A stretch of 62,651 nucleotides of DNA, counting the filler, from Dugesia japonica (lineage: Eukaryota): the NCBI GenBank assembly GCA_001938525.1. It is 5 parts of 5 records of this genome, joined end to end, with 100 filler letters (N's around TTAATTAATTAA, not from the genome) between each part and the next. Parts side by side here need not be neighbours in the genome. Positions count along the whole stretch, not along the records: positions 1 to 18,159 come from MQRL01215973.1; 4 more parts are not named here. One strand, written 5' to 3'. A program made the position numbers and the translations under genes. Positions 1 to 11,629 of the stretch are shown piece by piece (the first letter of the stretch is position 1; each line of letters opens with the position of its first letter). Below the pieces are notes generated by a model. The model had not been told where the DNA came from and searched no databases. It worked only from the letters and a program-made list of their open reading frames with translations.

Positions 1-162
1 TAACTAAATCTTTATTTAATTAATCACGCTACACGGAAACAACTGAAATTTTCTCTTCGGCGTTTTCATTGTTACGGGCGCTCCATAAATAGTTTTGGTC
101 GAATGAAGTTTATTGGGTGGTTGAAGGTAGGAGGCTTGTAGTGATGCCATTTTCTTGGGAAA

Positions 163-576
163 TCATTTCTTGTGAGCTCTCTTGGGTTTCTCGTTTATGC
201 TCCATTTGCACGGGTTGCCTTGGCAGTATATGCATTTCACTTTATCTGGACGTTCTTGAGTGCCGGCGAAATAAAATCCGGATCTGGCTATATCCTCAAT
301 GAGTTCATGCAAATACTTGGGTAAATTGAATAAGGATTTTGTGCGTATACCTTCGTCACGATATTTATCATCGAAAACTTTCATTGCACTGTACCACACC
401 TTTCGTCGTATTAAATTTTCTGGTGAGCCAAAATTTTTACGGTAGTGCATTATGTTTTGCACTATTGGACTTTGGCTGACTTCCTCTCGCCCTTGACTCA
501 TACGGAATAATTCAATATCTGGATCATTCATTATTAGTCTGGCCTCAATTATTGATAATTCCAGATCGACCTCCAT
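163..576 (-). CDS. BIR-domain (inhibitor-of-apoptosis-like) accessory ORF, C-terminally damaged
   Basis: RTKSLFNLP...IARSGFYFAG...DKVKCIYC....KW....PKRAHKK matches the BIR consensus (R..sF..wP..lA.aGFy....D.v.C..C....W...p..eH). A stop precedes the final Cys. Confidence 0.85.
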   Translation of the reverse strand: MEVDLELSIIEARLIMNDPDIELFRMSQGREEVSQSPIVQNIMHYRKNFGSPENLIRRKVWYSAMKVFDDKYRDEGIRTKSLFNLPKYLHELIEDIARSGFYFAGTQERPDKVKCIYCQGNPCKWSINEKPKRAHKK

Positions 577-961
577 TATCTACAATTATAGGCTTGGTTG
601 ATTCTAGTTATACAATACTATTTATTTATATTAATTTTAAGTGTCAGTTTATTCATGATTTTTCTCAGTTTCTATGTTTACTTGAATACATATATAGTTA
701 CTAGTAGATATTTACGTATATAGTTTATATATTCTTTATTATATTTATTATTTTTTTAAACTTCCACTCTCATTTGGATTTTAGAGAAAGCTGACTTGGG
801 TGTGAGCACTTCGGGTTTTGAGTGTCTCGATTTCCTATTTTTGTGAGTTTACCAATCCTTTGAGTTAATTTAGTTCTTCCGTCTTATTAGAGATCAGATC
901 ATGTTGTTTGGCTACTAACTCTATTGCATAATTCTGTTTTTTCTGTGGTAATTTCCAGCAT

Positions 962-1222
962 TCATCGTTTTTCTTTTATTTGTTGTCGACACATAAGGAT
1001 TTTCGCATATAAATTCTCATTTTGCAGTTGTAGAGCTTTATTTTTTAATTCCAGTTCGCACCAATCTTGGGGTTTCACAGTTATTAGAGTCTGTAATAAC
1101 TGATTCTGGCTGTGCTCCAGTTCTTCTAATCGTTGCTGAGTCCACTGGGTTTGTACTTTAGCACTATCCCATAATTCTTTCATTTCTTCGTTATGATCTC
1201 TCCATATTTCATTTATTGTCAC
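962..1222 (-). CDS. Accessory coiled-coil ORF fragment of the retroelement
   Basis: Heptad-like QQRLEELEHSQNQLLQTL and LKNKALQLQNENLYAKIL. Lies between the polyprotein end and the BIR ORF. Confidence 0.4.
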   Translation of the reverse strand: MTINEIWRDHNEEMKELWDSAKVQTQWTQQRLEELEHSQNQLLQTLITVKPQDWCELELKNKALQLQNENLYAKILMCRQQIKEKR

Positions 1223-1520
1223 TTAGGGAGGGTTAATGTTATTTTTAGTTATTGAAGTAGAACTTCTTGCCGAGTTACTACATATATGGCTTGTTATGCT
1301 CGAACTTTCTATGTCATTTTGTGAGTTTGCTTATTCATTTTCACTCGTACTGGAATAGTCATTTTCATTTTCGATCTGACTCATTTTGTCTGAATGAGAG
1401 AACTCTATTAACCACAATTATAATAACATGTATATACAATTATTATATATTTGTTTTCATCATGATTTACACTATTTACACAGATTCGAGATTAGTTTAG
1501 CAAGTCATTACCCCCGGTGC

Positions 1521-3225
1521 CTAATAAGGTCTAGGCACATATGTTGGCAATTCGTTCGATATCATCCAAAGTGGTAATTCTTCGTAATTTGGTGGGGCTA
1601 TCGGTGGATGTCGTCTTTTCCCTTTTCGGTCATGTTTCTTTCGTAGGGGTTTCGCTCGTTTACAGAATTGCAAATATATTGTTATTAATACCAGTACTGC
1701 TATTGACCCGCTTCTTATTATTATTATAGGGTCTGTTCCATTTTTGGTTGGTTTGGCGGTAGTAATTGGTTCCTTTACAGTATTAGGCTTACCCACATAT
1801 TATCATATGACCATCCTTTGGGTGGTAATTCCGACAGTTTATCATTAAATTATTTAAGAAGTTTGCTCTTTTTGTTTCTCTTTCTTCGTTGACTAACGTA
1901 GTTGATTTTTTAGTTTCCGTTGTTGTTATTATGGTTTTTTTCTGTAGTTATAACCTCTTCCACTTTTGGTCTGGTGGTGTTTAGTTTTATTACTGTATCC
2001 TGATTTATGACTGTAGTGAATTCCATTTCACACATTTCTGGGCCCAAACTACCCATATTTACTCCTTGTACAATGCATTTCCTTTAAACCCTGCTATCTC
2101 CTCATTGTAACACCATGCCCACTGACTGAGTGAATAATATTTCTGTTTTGAAAATTGTTCCATTTTCTCGTTCATTTTCAAATAATATGTATTGTTTATT
2201 TTTCTAATTCGTACCGGTCCTGGTCCTTCCTGCCACCGGGATCCCCATTTGCCAAAGGTGTATTCCGTTATAGTGTTAAATCCTTTTCCGCGGTTATTAG
2301 CGATACTTTTTTGATCCATAAATCTTTGTTTTTTCTCTTTTCCCGTTGTTTCTTTAAATACATTTTTCCAAAATTGTACATGAAATATATATTCGTTCTG
2401 TTGACAAATTTTCAAACTCTCGTCCCCTTTCCTTTTCCAAGTCCATCCTTTTTGTTGACGATTATCCACTAAATAGTAAATTAAAATATTCCGTGCAGCA
2501 TGCGTTTCGAAATGTATTTCCTCTTCGTATTCAATGTAGCTTTTGCGGCGTTTCCCTTGAAATTCCTATGCTGAATGCATCCACCAATGTTTCATACTAA
2601 ACTGCATTGCCTGACCTTCCACTGGTACATCCCCTCTAAACCATAAACTTGCCTTCCACTTATGCCATGTCAATAGGATTTAGGTTTCCTTTGTTCCCAT
2701 GATCGTGGGCTTTAGGATTATGGATTCATGACCCTATCCCGTGTGGACTTTTACTTCACGGTTTCATCCGTCTGTGCTCATTGTCCTAATATTTGTCTTG
2801 CTACCCTCAACGTATATTCAATGTTCTGTTAATATCGGCTCGTTTACCCAACATTCCTGGCTTTGTGTTCCTTTTATGGCTAATAGTATAGTAGTTAGTA
2901 TAATGTGTTCGCTAGGAATTTTATTCTGATTGAAATTCCGTATTGGATAAGCTGCCAGTGTTGGTAAAGCTAACCAAAGTAAGGTTATTCCCACGATTCC
3001 GTATATTATAATCGATGTTGGATATTCTTTCCCTATACTATTGATGAGTTTCATTGTTAGCCAAATTAATATGCCATAGTCCCAACTTGTGTTGATTACC
3101 GCCCATAATAACAAAGCTATTTTGACTATTATTTCCACTATAATCACGTTCTTGTTTTCTTGCGGTGACTCGTTTTCTGATTTTCTTGGTTCTGTTGGAT
3201 CCTTCTCATCATGTACTAATGTCAT
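1521..3225 (-). pseudogene. C-terminal membrane region: several hydrophobic helices, ectodomain, Thr-rich stalk, TM and PPxY/LPxY tail
   Basis: Hydrophobic segments in 2818-3225 end in signal-like HIILTTILLAIKGTQS-QEC, in the same frame as ORF 2059-2469. NxT sequons (NNT, NGT). TM IAVLVLITIYLQFC, a basic stop-transfer stretch, then PPNY and LPTY. Confidence 0.6.
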
Positions 3226-3488
3226 TTTTATTTTTTCGCCTTTCCTGGCTAGTTGTTTCTCTTTTTACTCCCTTTTATTCCCTTGACCCTAGAATGCTTT
3301 TCTCATTAATTTCTCCTGTGTTTGTACCCCTTCCTGAGTGTTCTCGCTATTGCTTGATTCCGATTTTTTGAGAGCCAATTTATCCGATGGTATGTCCAGT
3401 TTCGCCATGTTTTTTAGGTTGTATTTACTTTGGATGGTTGGCTCAACCATTCTCCATGGCGATTGGAATACACTCTAATCCTGTTCCA

Positions 3489-3956
3489 TTATACCAATGC
3501 ACGGTGAAAGACATGAATATATGCTAATAATTTCTCGCTGTAAATATACGTGCATGGCATGCATAATTCTTTGATGACAGATTGACGAATTGATGCTTGA
3601 ATTGGTATTTTAATTCGAGATCCATCACAGTCTTTCTTGAACCAATTTTCTGGTCTGAATAACCATGCTTTTTGATCGTAAATGGCCTTTAGTGCATTTT
3701 TTAATATTATTTGTGTTTGTTTGATACATTGAAAACAATTTTCCTCTAATTGACATATTGAAAGAGGACAGGTTATGAGCGTAATATGCATGCAACTTTC
3801 TTCAGATTTTGGCGTCCAGCTTCCTTGGCATGTGATTGTATAACATGTCGTGGCATTCATAGCCTCGATTGCGAGTGGTCGACGCATCTGATTATCTAAA
3901 CCAAAGGATACAGTTTTAATGTCTTGTGATATAATAACTAATTTATCATTAATCAT
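3489..3956 (-). pseudogene. Cys-rich putative zinc-binding domain, copy B
   Basis: ESCMHITLITCPLS...CFQC...ILKNAL...WLF...C...QASI...LCMPC..IY...FH. Confidence 0.7.
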
Positions 3957-4397
3957 AGATAATGTTGTTTAAGCTTGAGACGGATGATTAGTATTTGGTG
4001 TCTTAGCTATTTTAGGTATAACCCGTTTATTTAAAAGATTTAATTCCTTGTTGGATGGTACTGTATTTACTGCATTGGTATTTTCCTTGCCGGTTTTGGC
4101 ATGAAATTCCGGATGTGGAGCCGGACTATTTCTCTCCTTTCTTTGTTTATCCGCATATTTTAAGACGTCATCTTTTAAAAACCTCGTTATTCTCTACAAC
4201 TCTGTTTCTGTCCTTTCCTCGTCTTTCGATTGTACGTCTGTTTTCAATTCCGAATTTACATCCTTTTCCGTTAGTTCCCCTTCCCCATTTTCTTCAGACT
4301 CAGTGTCCTCGCTGAGACTTCTTTTCCTTAACAATGATTCTAAACCACTCCATGGCGAAGTATCAACTGGTTGAGACCATAATACCAATCAATCCTA

Positions 4398-4838
4398 TAC
4401 TACTAATATCGTATGGAAATTTTCAATAGCTCGAGTGAGAGTTTCGTAATAAATGCTGACACAGCGTTCGCATAGGGTGTGTACTTCATCTTGCTCCAAT
4501 GGTGCTTGAACAGTCAGCTTGTCATGCATTTTCTTACATCGTCTTCTACTGAGTTTGTCTTGTTGTAACAACCAAAGTCTGCAACCAGAGACTTCCTACA
4601 ATGCTGATTTCAAAATTGATTGAATTTTCCGTATGCATGTAAGGCAGCTTGCCTCGATTAGTGTTGGTGAGATTGGGCATGTCACCCGAGAAAAGTGAGC
4701 ACAACAGCTTTCTGGTACTGGTGTCTGTGTCTCCCGTGGAATTATAGGATATAGTGTTGTGGTACCCAATGCTTTAACTCGATGGCTTAACTGACTTAAT
4801 ACGAATACTGGGGTTGATGATTTTCCAAGTATCATCAT
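4398..4838 (-). pseudogene. Cys-rich putative zinc-binding domain, copy A
   Basis: ESCCAHFSRVTCPIS...CLTC...ILKSAL*...WLL...C...QAPL...LCERC..IY...FH, read through one stop. Aligns with copy B. Confidence 0.7.
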
Positions 4839-5029
4839 AGCTTGTTGCGATCGTAATGGGTAACTATGCGATATATTTAACTCCGTATTCGCCGACTTAT
4901 GGCCTACCTAGCCCTCTATGCTCCGTTGCAGTGGGTGCAGTACTTGTGGTTGGCGTAATTTCTTCCGTTATTGCGGCCTTTTTGCATAAGTTGGGGTGGT
5001 GTATTTTAGGTTTCTCTAAGAGATTTTCT

Positions 5030-6010
5030 TTTTACGAACTTTGAGATTGGTTTCGGTGATCTCTATTACTTCGTAGGGCCCTTGCCATGGCCTTTTTAAT
5101 TTCGATGTAGGGCCAACACAAATATCTGGCAAATTGATCAATACCATGTCGCCTTTTTTAAATGAATGTTGCATTGCCGTTTTATCGTGTAAATCCTTAT
5201 AGCTTTCGTGGTAAAATCCTACATTCTTCTTGGCCTGTTTCCATATTTTCTGCAAGGTTTCTTTGAAATTTGCAGCGAAATCCGTTTCGTCTTGGTATTG
5301 TGTTATAGGTGGTTGAAACTCTAAATCAATAGGCATGTTACACTCTCTGCCATACATTAATCCAAATGCAGTGTACTTAGTAGCAGGATGCACACTCATT
5401 CGGTATGCAAATAGACAAAGCTAAACATGTTTATCCCAATTATTCTGTTCTTTTTGTGCATAACTAGACATCATATTGATCAATGTTTTATTAAATCTTT
5501 CCGTTAATCCATCTGTTTNTGGATGATAAGATNATGTCCGTAACTGGTGTATTTTGAGGAAGCTCGATATCTCTGCTAATATGTTGCTCATAAAGTTTTT
5601 TCCTTGATCGGTCAATATCTTCTTGGGTGTGCCATATCTGATAAACAATTTCGTACCAGAATATCCTCTATGGTAGTTGCTTTTTGATTTTTCATAGGGA
5701 ATGCCTATGGGAATTTCGACAAGTAATCCATAATTGTTAGTATGTATATATTCCCACTCAGCGTTGGGGGTAGTGGTCCAACTACGTCCATTGCAATGAT
5801 TTCCATTGGTGCTGTAGGTACGGTGATTGGTTTTAATAATGCTTTCACTCGTTTGCTTGTTCCTCTTCTGGCAGCACATATTTGGCATTTGGTCACTGAT
5901 TCCGTCATGTGTGACCAGTAATATTTCTGTCTTAGTTTTGACTCGGTTTTCTTATGGGACATGTGTCCTCCTAGTACTCAATTGTGATATTGTTCGAGTA
6001 ATTTATCACA
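5030..6010 (-). pseudogene. Integrase (HHCC, DDE core, GPY/F), frameshifted
   Basis: GHMSHKKT..YYW..CQIC; AMDVVGPLP, IMDYLSK; YGTPKKILTDQGKNF; YHPxTDGLTERFNKTL; KLKRPWQGPY. Confidence 0.95.
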
Positions 6011-6319
6011 TCTTGCTTTAGGAATAACTAACACGATATTTTCTCCGCCCTGAGCAGTCAACCATCCTTTGGTAAATGCATAACGACCTCCGTTTTTCTT
6101 CAAGTGCTCTTTCATCTTGGGTTTGCATTCTAACTTCTCTAAATTGTAACTTTCCATTAATTTTCCTCATCATCAGCCTGCGCTTGTTTCAACCCATCAA
6201 AATTTTGATCCTCGGCTAATATGAAGTATACCATCCCGACTTTTTTCTCTAATAGTTCACGTAATCTAAACGTTTCCGCATCTTCCAAGATACTTTCTGT
6301 AGCTTTCGGTCCACCGATT

Positions 6320-7788
6320 CTTGACAGACAATCGGCATTTGAGTTGGTTTTACCTGTTTTAAATTTTAAAAGAGGACAATAATTCTGCATTGCTAATTGC
6401 CATTTTGCCATTCTATTCCATCATAATGGTTTCTGAGCCATGAAAGTGATTGGTAAGTGATCCGTATAGATTAGCACCTTGTGACCATGTATGAGTGATC
6501 GAAAATGTTTAGTAGCTTTCATGATTGCCATAATCTCTCGTTCCGTCGTGCTATAATTTAACTCTGCGACTTGAAATTTCTCGTTAAAGTACGCTACTAC
6601 CCTTTCTCTTCCTTGTTCATCCAATTGGTTTAATACAGCACCCATCGCGTATCCGCTAGCGTCAGTGGCTAATATAAATGGCTTTTTGAAATCCGGATGT
6701 ACCAGAATTGCTGCGGTAAGTAATTTGTCCCGCAATGTTTCAAATGATTGTTGTTGCTCCGTCCCCCATATAAAGGCAGTATCTTGTTTGACCAATTCTT
6801 GCATGGGATTTGCGATCTTTGCGAAATCTTTGATAAATTTGCGGTAATGATTTGCGAGTCCTAAAAACTCTTGTATTTTGAGCACACAATTAGGAGGTGC
6901 TAGATTTCTGATTTTCTCGGTGTTTCTCGGATCAGGTTCTTTTCCTTTGTCCGATATTAAATGCCCCAAATAGGTTACTTTATTCTTGGCCCATTCGCAT
7001 TTGGTAGGTTTCACTTTCAAGTTCCATTTTTGTAAACGTATAAACACACTACGTAAATCATTGAGATGTCCTTCAAACGTTGGCGAATATATTAGCAAGT
7101 CATCGATATATGCCATACATTGCGAGATACCATGTGTTACATCAATCATCATCCTCTGAAATGAGGCAGGTGCATTAGTGAGTCAAAAAGGCATGCGGAT
7201 GAACTGATATAAGTCTTTGCTTGTAGAAAATGCTGTTTTCTCCCTATCTTCCGGTTTAATCTGTATTTGCCAATAACCACTTCGCAAATCTAATGTGGTG
7301 AATATTTTGGCGTTACACAGTAACTGTAACAACTCATTGATGTCTGGCAGTGGATACGTGTCCTTTTTAGTTTGTGCATTTAGTCTTCTGTAATCGATGT
7401 AGAATTGCTGTGTCCCATCTTTCTTATCCACTATTACCACTGGTGACTGCCAAGGTAAGCAGCTAGGTTCTATCACACCGATTTTCACTAGTTTGTCTGT
7501 TTCTTTGTTTGCAAACTCCTTTTTCTCTACTGTCATGGCATATGGTTTCTGCTTGCTTATGGTTTCGTCTGTTAACGGAATTGTTTGCATTGTAGCTGCA
7601 CACATACCTAGTTCCTCATCAGTCCACGCAAAAATATCTCTAAATTCTTCCAATAATTGTAATATTGCCTGTTTTTGATCATCTGACAGAGTTTCCGTCT
7701 CAACTTTAAATGTCCTATCTAATACTGGTTCGACATTTATCTTCTCTATCTCGTCTGTTTCTGGTTCGATGGGGGTTAGAGTACCCAT
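6320..7788 (-). pseudogene. pol: Reverse transcriptase + RNase H (Ty3/Gypsy), with internal stops
   Basis: PWQSPVVIVDKKDG, IDYRRLN, YIDD (7099-7110), YLGH, FLGLANHYRKFI; RNase H TDASG, YSTTERE, YTDH, ADCLSR. Confidence 0.97.
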
Positions 7789-8010
7789 TCGGGAATTTGG
7801 CTTGATTGTGATGTCTTTTTCGGTGAAGTTGACCAGACTAACTGTTACTTCTCCACTTTTGTTGACCGTAGTTATTCCTCCTGCCGTAGGTAACTCATAC
7901 TGTTGCGCAAATCCATCATAAAGTTCGAAATAACAATCTCCTTCGTATGCACTTTTGGTACTTACTACGCAATATATTTAGCATCTACTCGGCACTAGTA
8001 TTTCCTCCGT
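7780..8010 (-). pseudogene. Post-protease beta-rich (dUTPase-like/beta-clip) linker seen in some Gypsy pol proteins
   Basis: Manual translation EILVPSRC*IYCVV...GEVTVSLVNFTEKDITIKPNSRMGTL. No intact dUTPase catalytic motifs are visible. Confidence 0.4.
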
Positions 8011-8089
8011 TGTGAATATTTCGTGATCTTTAACGTGAGTAAACCCCTCCAGAGATTGTAACCCTAACGTCGAGAAGTTCAATATGCCA

Positions 8090-8370
8090 TTTTTCATCAA
8101 AATTGGAAGAATGTCCGTGCCCAAAATGCACTGTCCAGCCATCTCTACTATTATCATGTGGTGTTTAATTTTATTGTCCAGATATTCTACGTCGAAAGCT
8201 AATTCCCCAAAAAATTTAAGACTACTTCCGTTCGCCACATCTGCGGTGATATTGGTGGGTAATATGTTTTTATAATCTGTTATCGTGATTTTTTCTATTG
8301 ATAATAACGAAATTATTGCTCCTGTATCTATAAAGGCCGTTGTAGATCTACCGTTGATTTTAACCATAAT
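8090..8370 (-). pseudogene. Retropepsin aspartic protease domain 2
   Basis: VKINGRSTTAFIDTGAIISLL (DTG at 8320-8328), VANGSSL, CILGTDIL. Confidence 0.9.
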
Positions 8371-8719
8371 TGTTAATACAGGTCTGCCGCTGAGACTTGT
8401 GCATACCAAATCTGAAAGGTTACGATTGGTATCATGTTGTTTTTTGTCTTTCCATCTTGGTTTCCGTTCCTGAAACCTTATCCAATCTTCTTTTATCATA
8501 GTGGAGGTATTGGTAGTTTTCTGGCGACCTTGGTTTGCGTTATTATGCTCCCCCTTGTATGATGATAGTTGGGTCTGTTGGTTGATAGGTGTCTGATTCT
8601 CTTTTTGTGGTCGTTTTCGTTCAATTACTATTCGAGTTTTCTGATAATCTATTGGCGCGTATTCTCGATCGTGATTTTCTCGTATTGTTAGTTTTTTCAA
8701 ATCTAGTATTCCCTCCGGG

Positions 8720-9000
8720 CTTAGGCGGGGTAAGAGATCTAATCCCAGTAAGTAGTTGAAAGTTAATTCATTCATTATCTGTAATCTATGCCATAGACGA
8801 ATTCCGTAACTTTCTATTGCACATATTGCTTCCCCAACGGGTGATATTTTTTTCCGGAGGCCGTGATGACAATTCCTTTAGTATTGGTTATTCGGAACAG
8901 TCGATAATCTTCTAATATTCTTTTATGGACTAAGGTCGTACTCGCTCCCGTATCGATAACTGCTATTACCCATCTTCCGTCTATTTTTATCCTTTTTTGT
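8720..9000 (-). pseudogene. Retropepsin aspartic protease domain 1
   Basis: IKIDGRWVIAVIDTGASTTLV (DTG at 8946-8954), ITASG, and after a frameshift YLLGLDLL. Confidence 0.88.
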
Positions 9001-9559
9001 AATAGTTTCGCTTTCTGAGAAATCATCATGCATACAGTTTGAGTTTCTAATTTATCATCCTCAGTGATCTGGTTATTCGGAGAACGCGAACTTTGGTCAG
9101 TAACTCTTCGGTCAATAGTTGATAAATTATTCTCTGTAAATAATGTCATATTAAGAGCTTGTGGTGGACTCATATAAGGGGTGTTGTACATGGGACCTGG
9201 TGCCCATATCTGTTAGGGTTGTTGATTCCTGGGTTGCCAACCATATTGCGGGTAGGCATTATAATACATTTGGGCTGGTGCTGGTGTATTTTCATTTCCT
9301 CCGAGTTTTAATGCATTTCTTAGTCGTTGCATTTTACTGATTTTTTCATATTGTTGTCTTTTAAATTCTGCATCGTATTCCATGGCGGTTTTATAACTGG
9401 GTACATGTGACGTTCCACTGCTTTTTCCTCTATCGTCATCACTGCTGCTACTACTTTTACTTTTGTTCTTAAATCTTTCTTTGAATTAGCTGAAGTACGA
9501 TATTTTCTTTTTAGCATTGCTCATTTCTTTGCACAATAGTCGAAGTTGCATTATGACGT

Positions 9560-11150
9560 CTTTGTCCGATCCTCTTATTTGCCCCAATTTCCGAATGAAT
9601 CGTTTTACTCTGTCAATATCTTTAGAGTGACTATTAATCACCGTTGTTTTGGCTAAGAATGGGAATATTCCGGTTACCATTTTCCAATTCACTTTCTTTT
9701 CTCTCTTTTAGATTTTGAAATATGCAAACAATTGGGTAATCACTATTCGTGCTACCGAAATTATTAACATCACTCCCAGCAATCCTGCCATTGCTTGGGC
9801 AAATGTAATAAATCTTCCCCACATTTTCCGCATGACATTTTCGGTGGCTTTCTGGAAATGATCTGCTGACAAGAGTGTATCATAATTTACACGTACGTCT
9901 ATGTTAGTTCCACTGGTTAATTGTACTATATTCCATAGAATTTGCATCCTACAGACTGAAAACAGCATATATTCCCTAGCTTTCTCTAAATCTTCCTTAC
10001 TGTAGATACCTCCCTTGTTTACATCAATTGGTGTAAATTGCATACCTCCATTTAATCGTAGCATTGAGAATTTTAGTGGTTCGACGCCCACTGCCATTCG
10101 TTGGGGAAATCTTATCCAAGAACCGTCTGTCATTACGTATTGCGGTCCAAATACATTAGAGCAGTTTATGATATTTGGCCTATAACCCAGTGGTGATATT
10201 ATCCAAATAATTGGTTGTAAATAACGTTTCTCATTGTTATGGATAATTTCTATTTCATTATAGCAATGTTTTGGATTGGATGAAAATTCTGCATCCATGG
10301 CCTTACATTTGTATAGGTACATTACTTTTCCTACTACTCGACCAAATTGTCCTTTTTCCAAGGGAAGTAGCGGAGTGACACTATCGGGATTCGTAATCGC
10401 CATTGCTAACTTTGTCTTCAGTATTTCCTTATTCAATGTGGAGTCATTTTGTATAAGGTCGTGGTAAATTCGTCCGATAGTATCCTGCATTCGGTGGAAT
10501 AAATTGTTCATTTTATTATTGGAATATAGATGTAGTTTGATATCTTGTGACATTACTGCAGCTTGAGCCGTTTTTATCAGGTCTTCTGACTCGAATATTC
10601 CTATATAGTTGGTTTTATATACTATTTGTCCACATTTTGACTTAGAATTTCCTTTAATCAGACGAATGGTCTCGTCCTGCTCCGAGGATATTAACACCGT
10701 GGGAGTTGTGTGCCATTGCTGATCATATGATTTCGGACCTGATCTTATCTTTTCCTTGAGATTATCTATCATATCCTTTAGATTACCCTCTTTTGGAGCT
10801 TGATCAATAGGTGCTATAGCTCGTTGTCCTTGGTATTCACTGAACATAGTCTCTTTTAGATGAGCTAACTTGCAGTCCTGGTGGTCTACCTTGTACGTCA
10901 GAGTTGATGTACCTGTATTACATGATCCGTCCTCTGCTTTGCAATATAACCTGCCTTTCATAGTCAAATCCTGAGCATCGAAAAATGCTTCGTATTCCTT
11001 GAGCTATACTGTAAAGGTTTCAATCGCTACGGCATACTGACATAATTTTCCTCGTATAATGTATCTACTATACTCACAATTACCTTTGTGTAAAGATATG
11101 CTTCCTGCTGCTTCTATTGGTTGATCGATTACATGCCGTATTACTACTTC
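9560..11150 (-). pseudogene. env: Envelope glycoprotein related to chuvirus / class III (gB-like) fusion proteins; N-terminal part missing
   Basis: Motifs match my recollection of chuvirus-type G: AAGSISLHKGNC, CKAEDGSC, KCG..YKTNY, LYSNNK, LAMAITNP, GQFGRVVGKVMYLYKC, CYNEI...YLQP, IINCS...DGSW, GGIYS, then the membrane region WGRFITFAQAMAGLLGVMLIISV. Confidence 0.8.
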
Positions 11151-11629
11151 GGTTGGCTTGACATCATCCGTCGAATTCTCGTGGTATCTTTCCTGTGATA
11201 CCGTTGCTAATCACTTAGTTTGGTGGTTTATTGCTGTTGCTAATCGTCTCTGTTTCAATGCTTCTTCCTCCTCTGGGTTTCCTGGAGGTTTCGTTCTCCA
11301 TCTGCCTCTATTATGAGGTTCAGTAATCGTTTCTGCATCCACTCTGGTGCGTACTGGTTTTGGTGGCGCTTCTTCCTCTTCTGTCTCTATAGGATTTTCC
11401 ATTTCCAAAGGGTGATTCGTGCCCATTAGGTCATCCATTACCGAGGATGGCAATTCATTTGCTATTCTACTCAATATTGGCGATAATGGTTGTTCTTCTA
11501 ATAAATCTTCCTCGTATAAATCTACCTTGCTAGGATCGTATTTTTTACTTCCTATCGGTTCTTTAGCTTTTAATTCTTCACTTTCTTTCTTTGGAGGTGA
11601 GTATCTTGTGATTTGTAATTCATTCTCGT

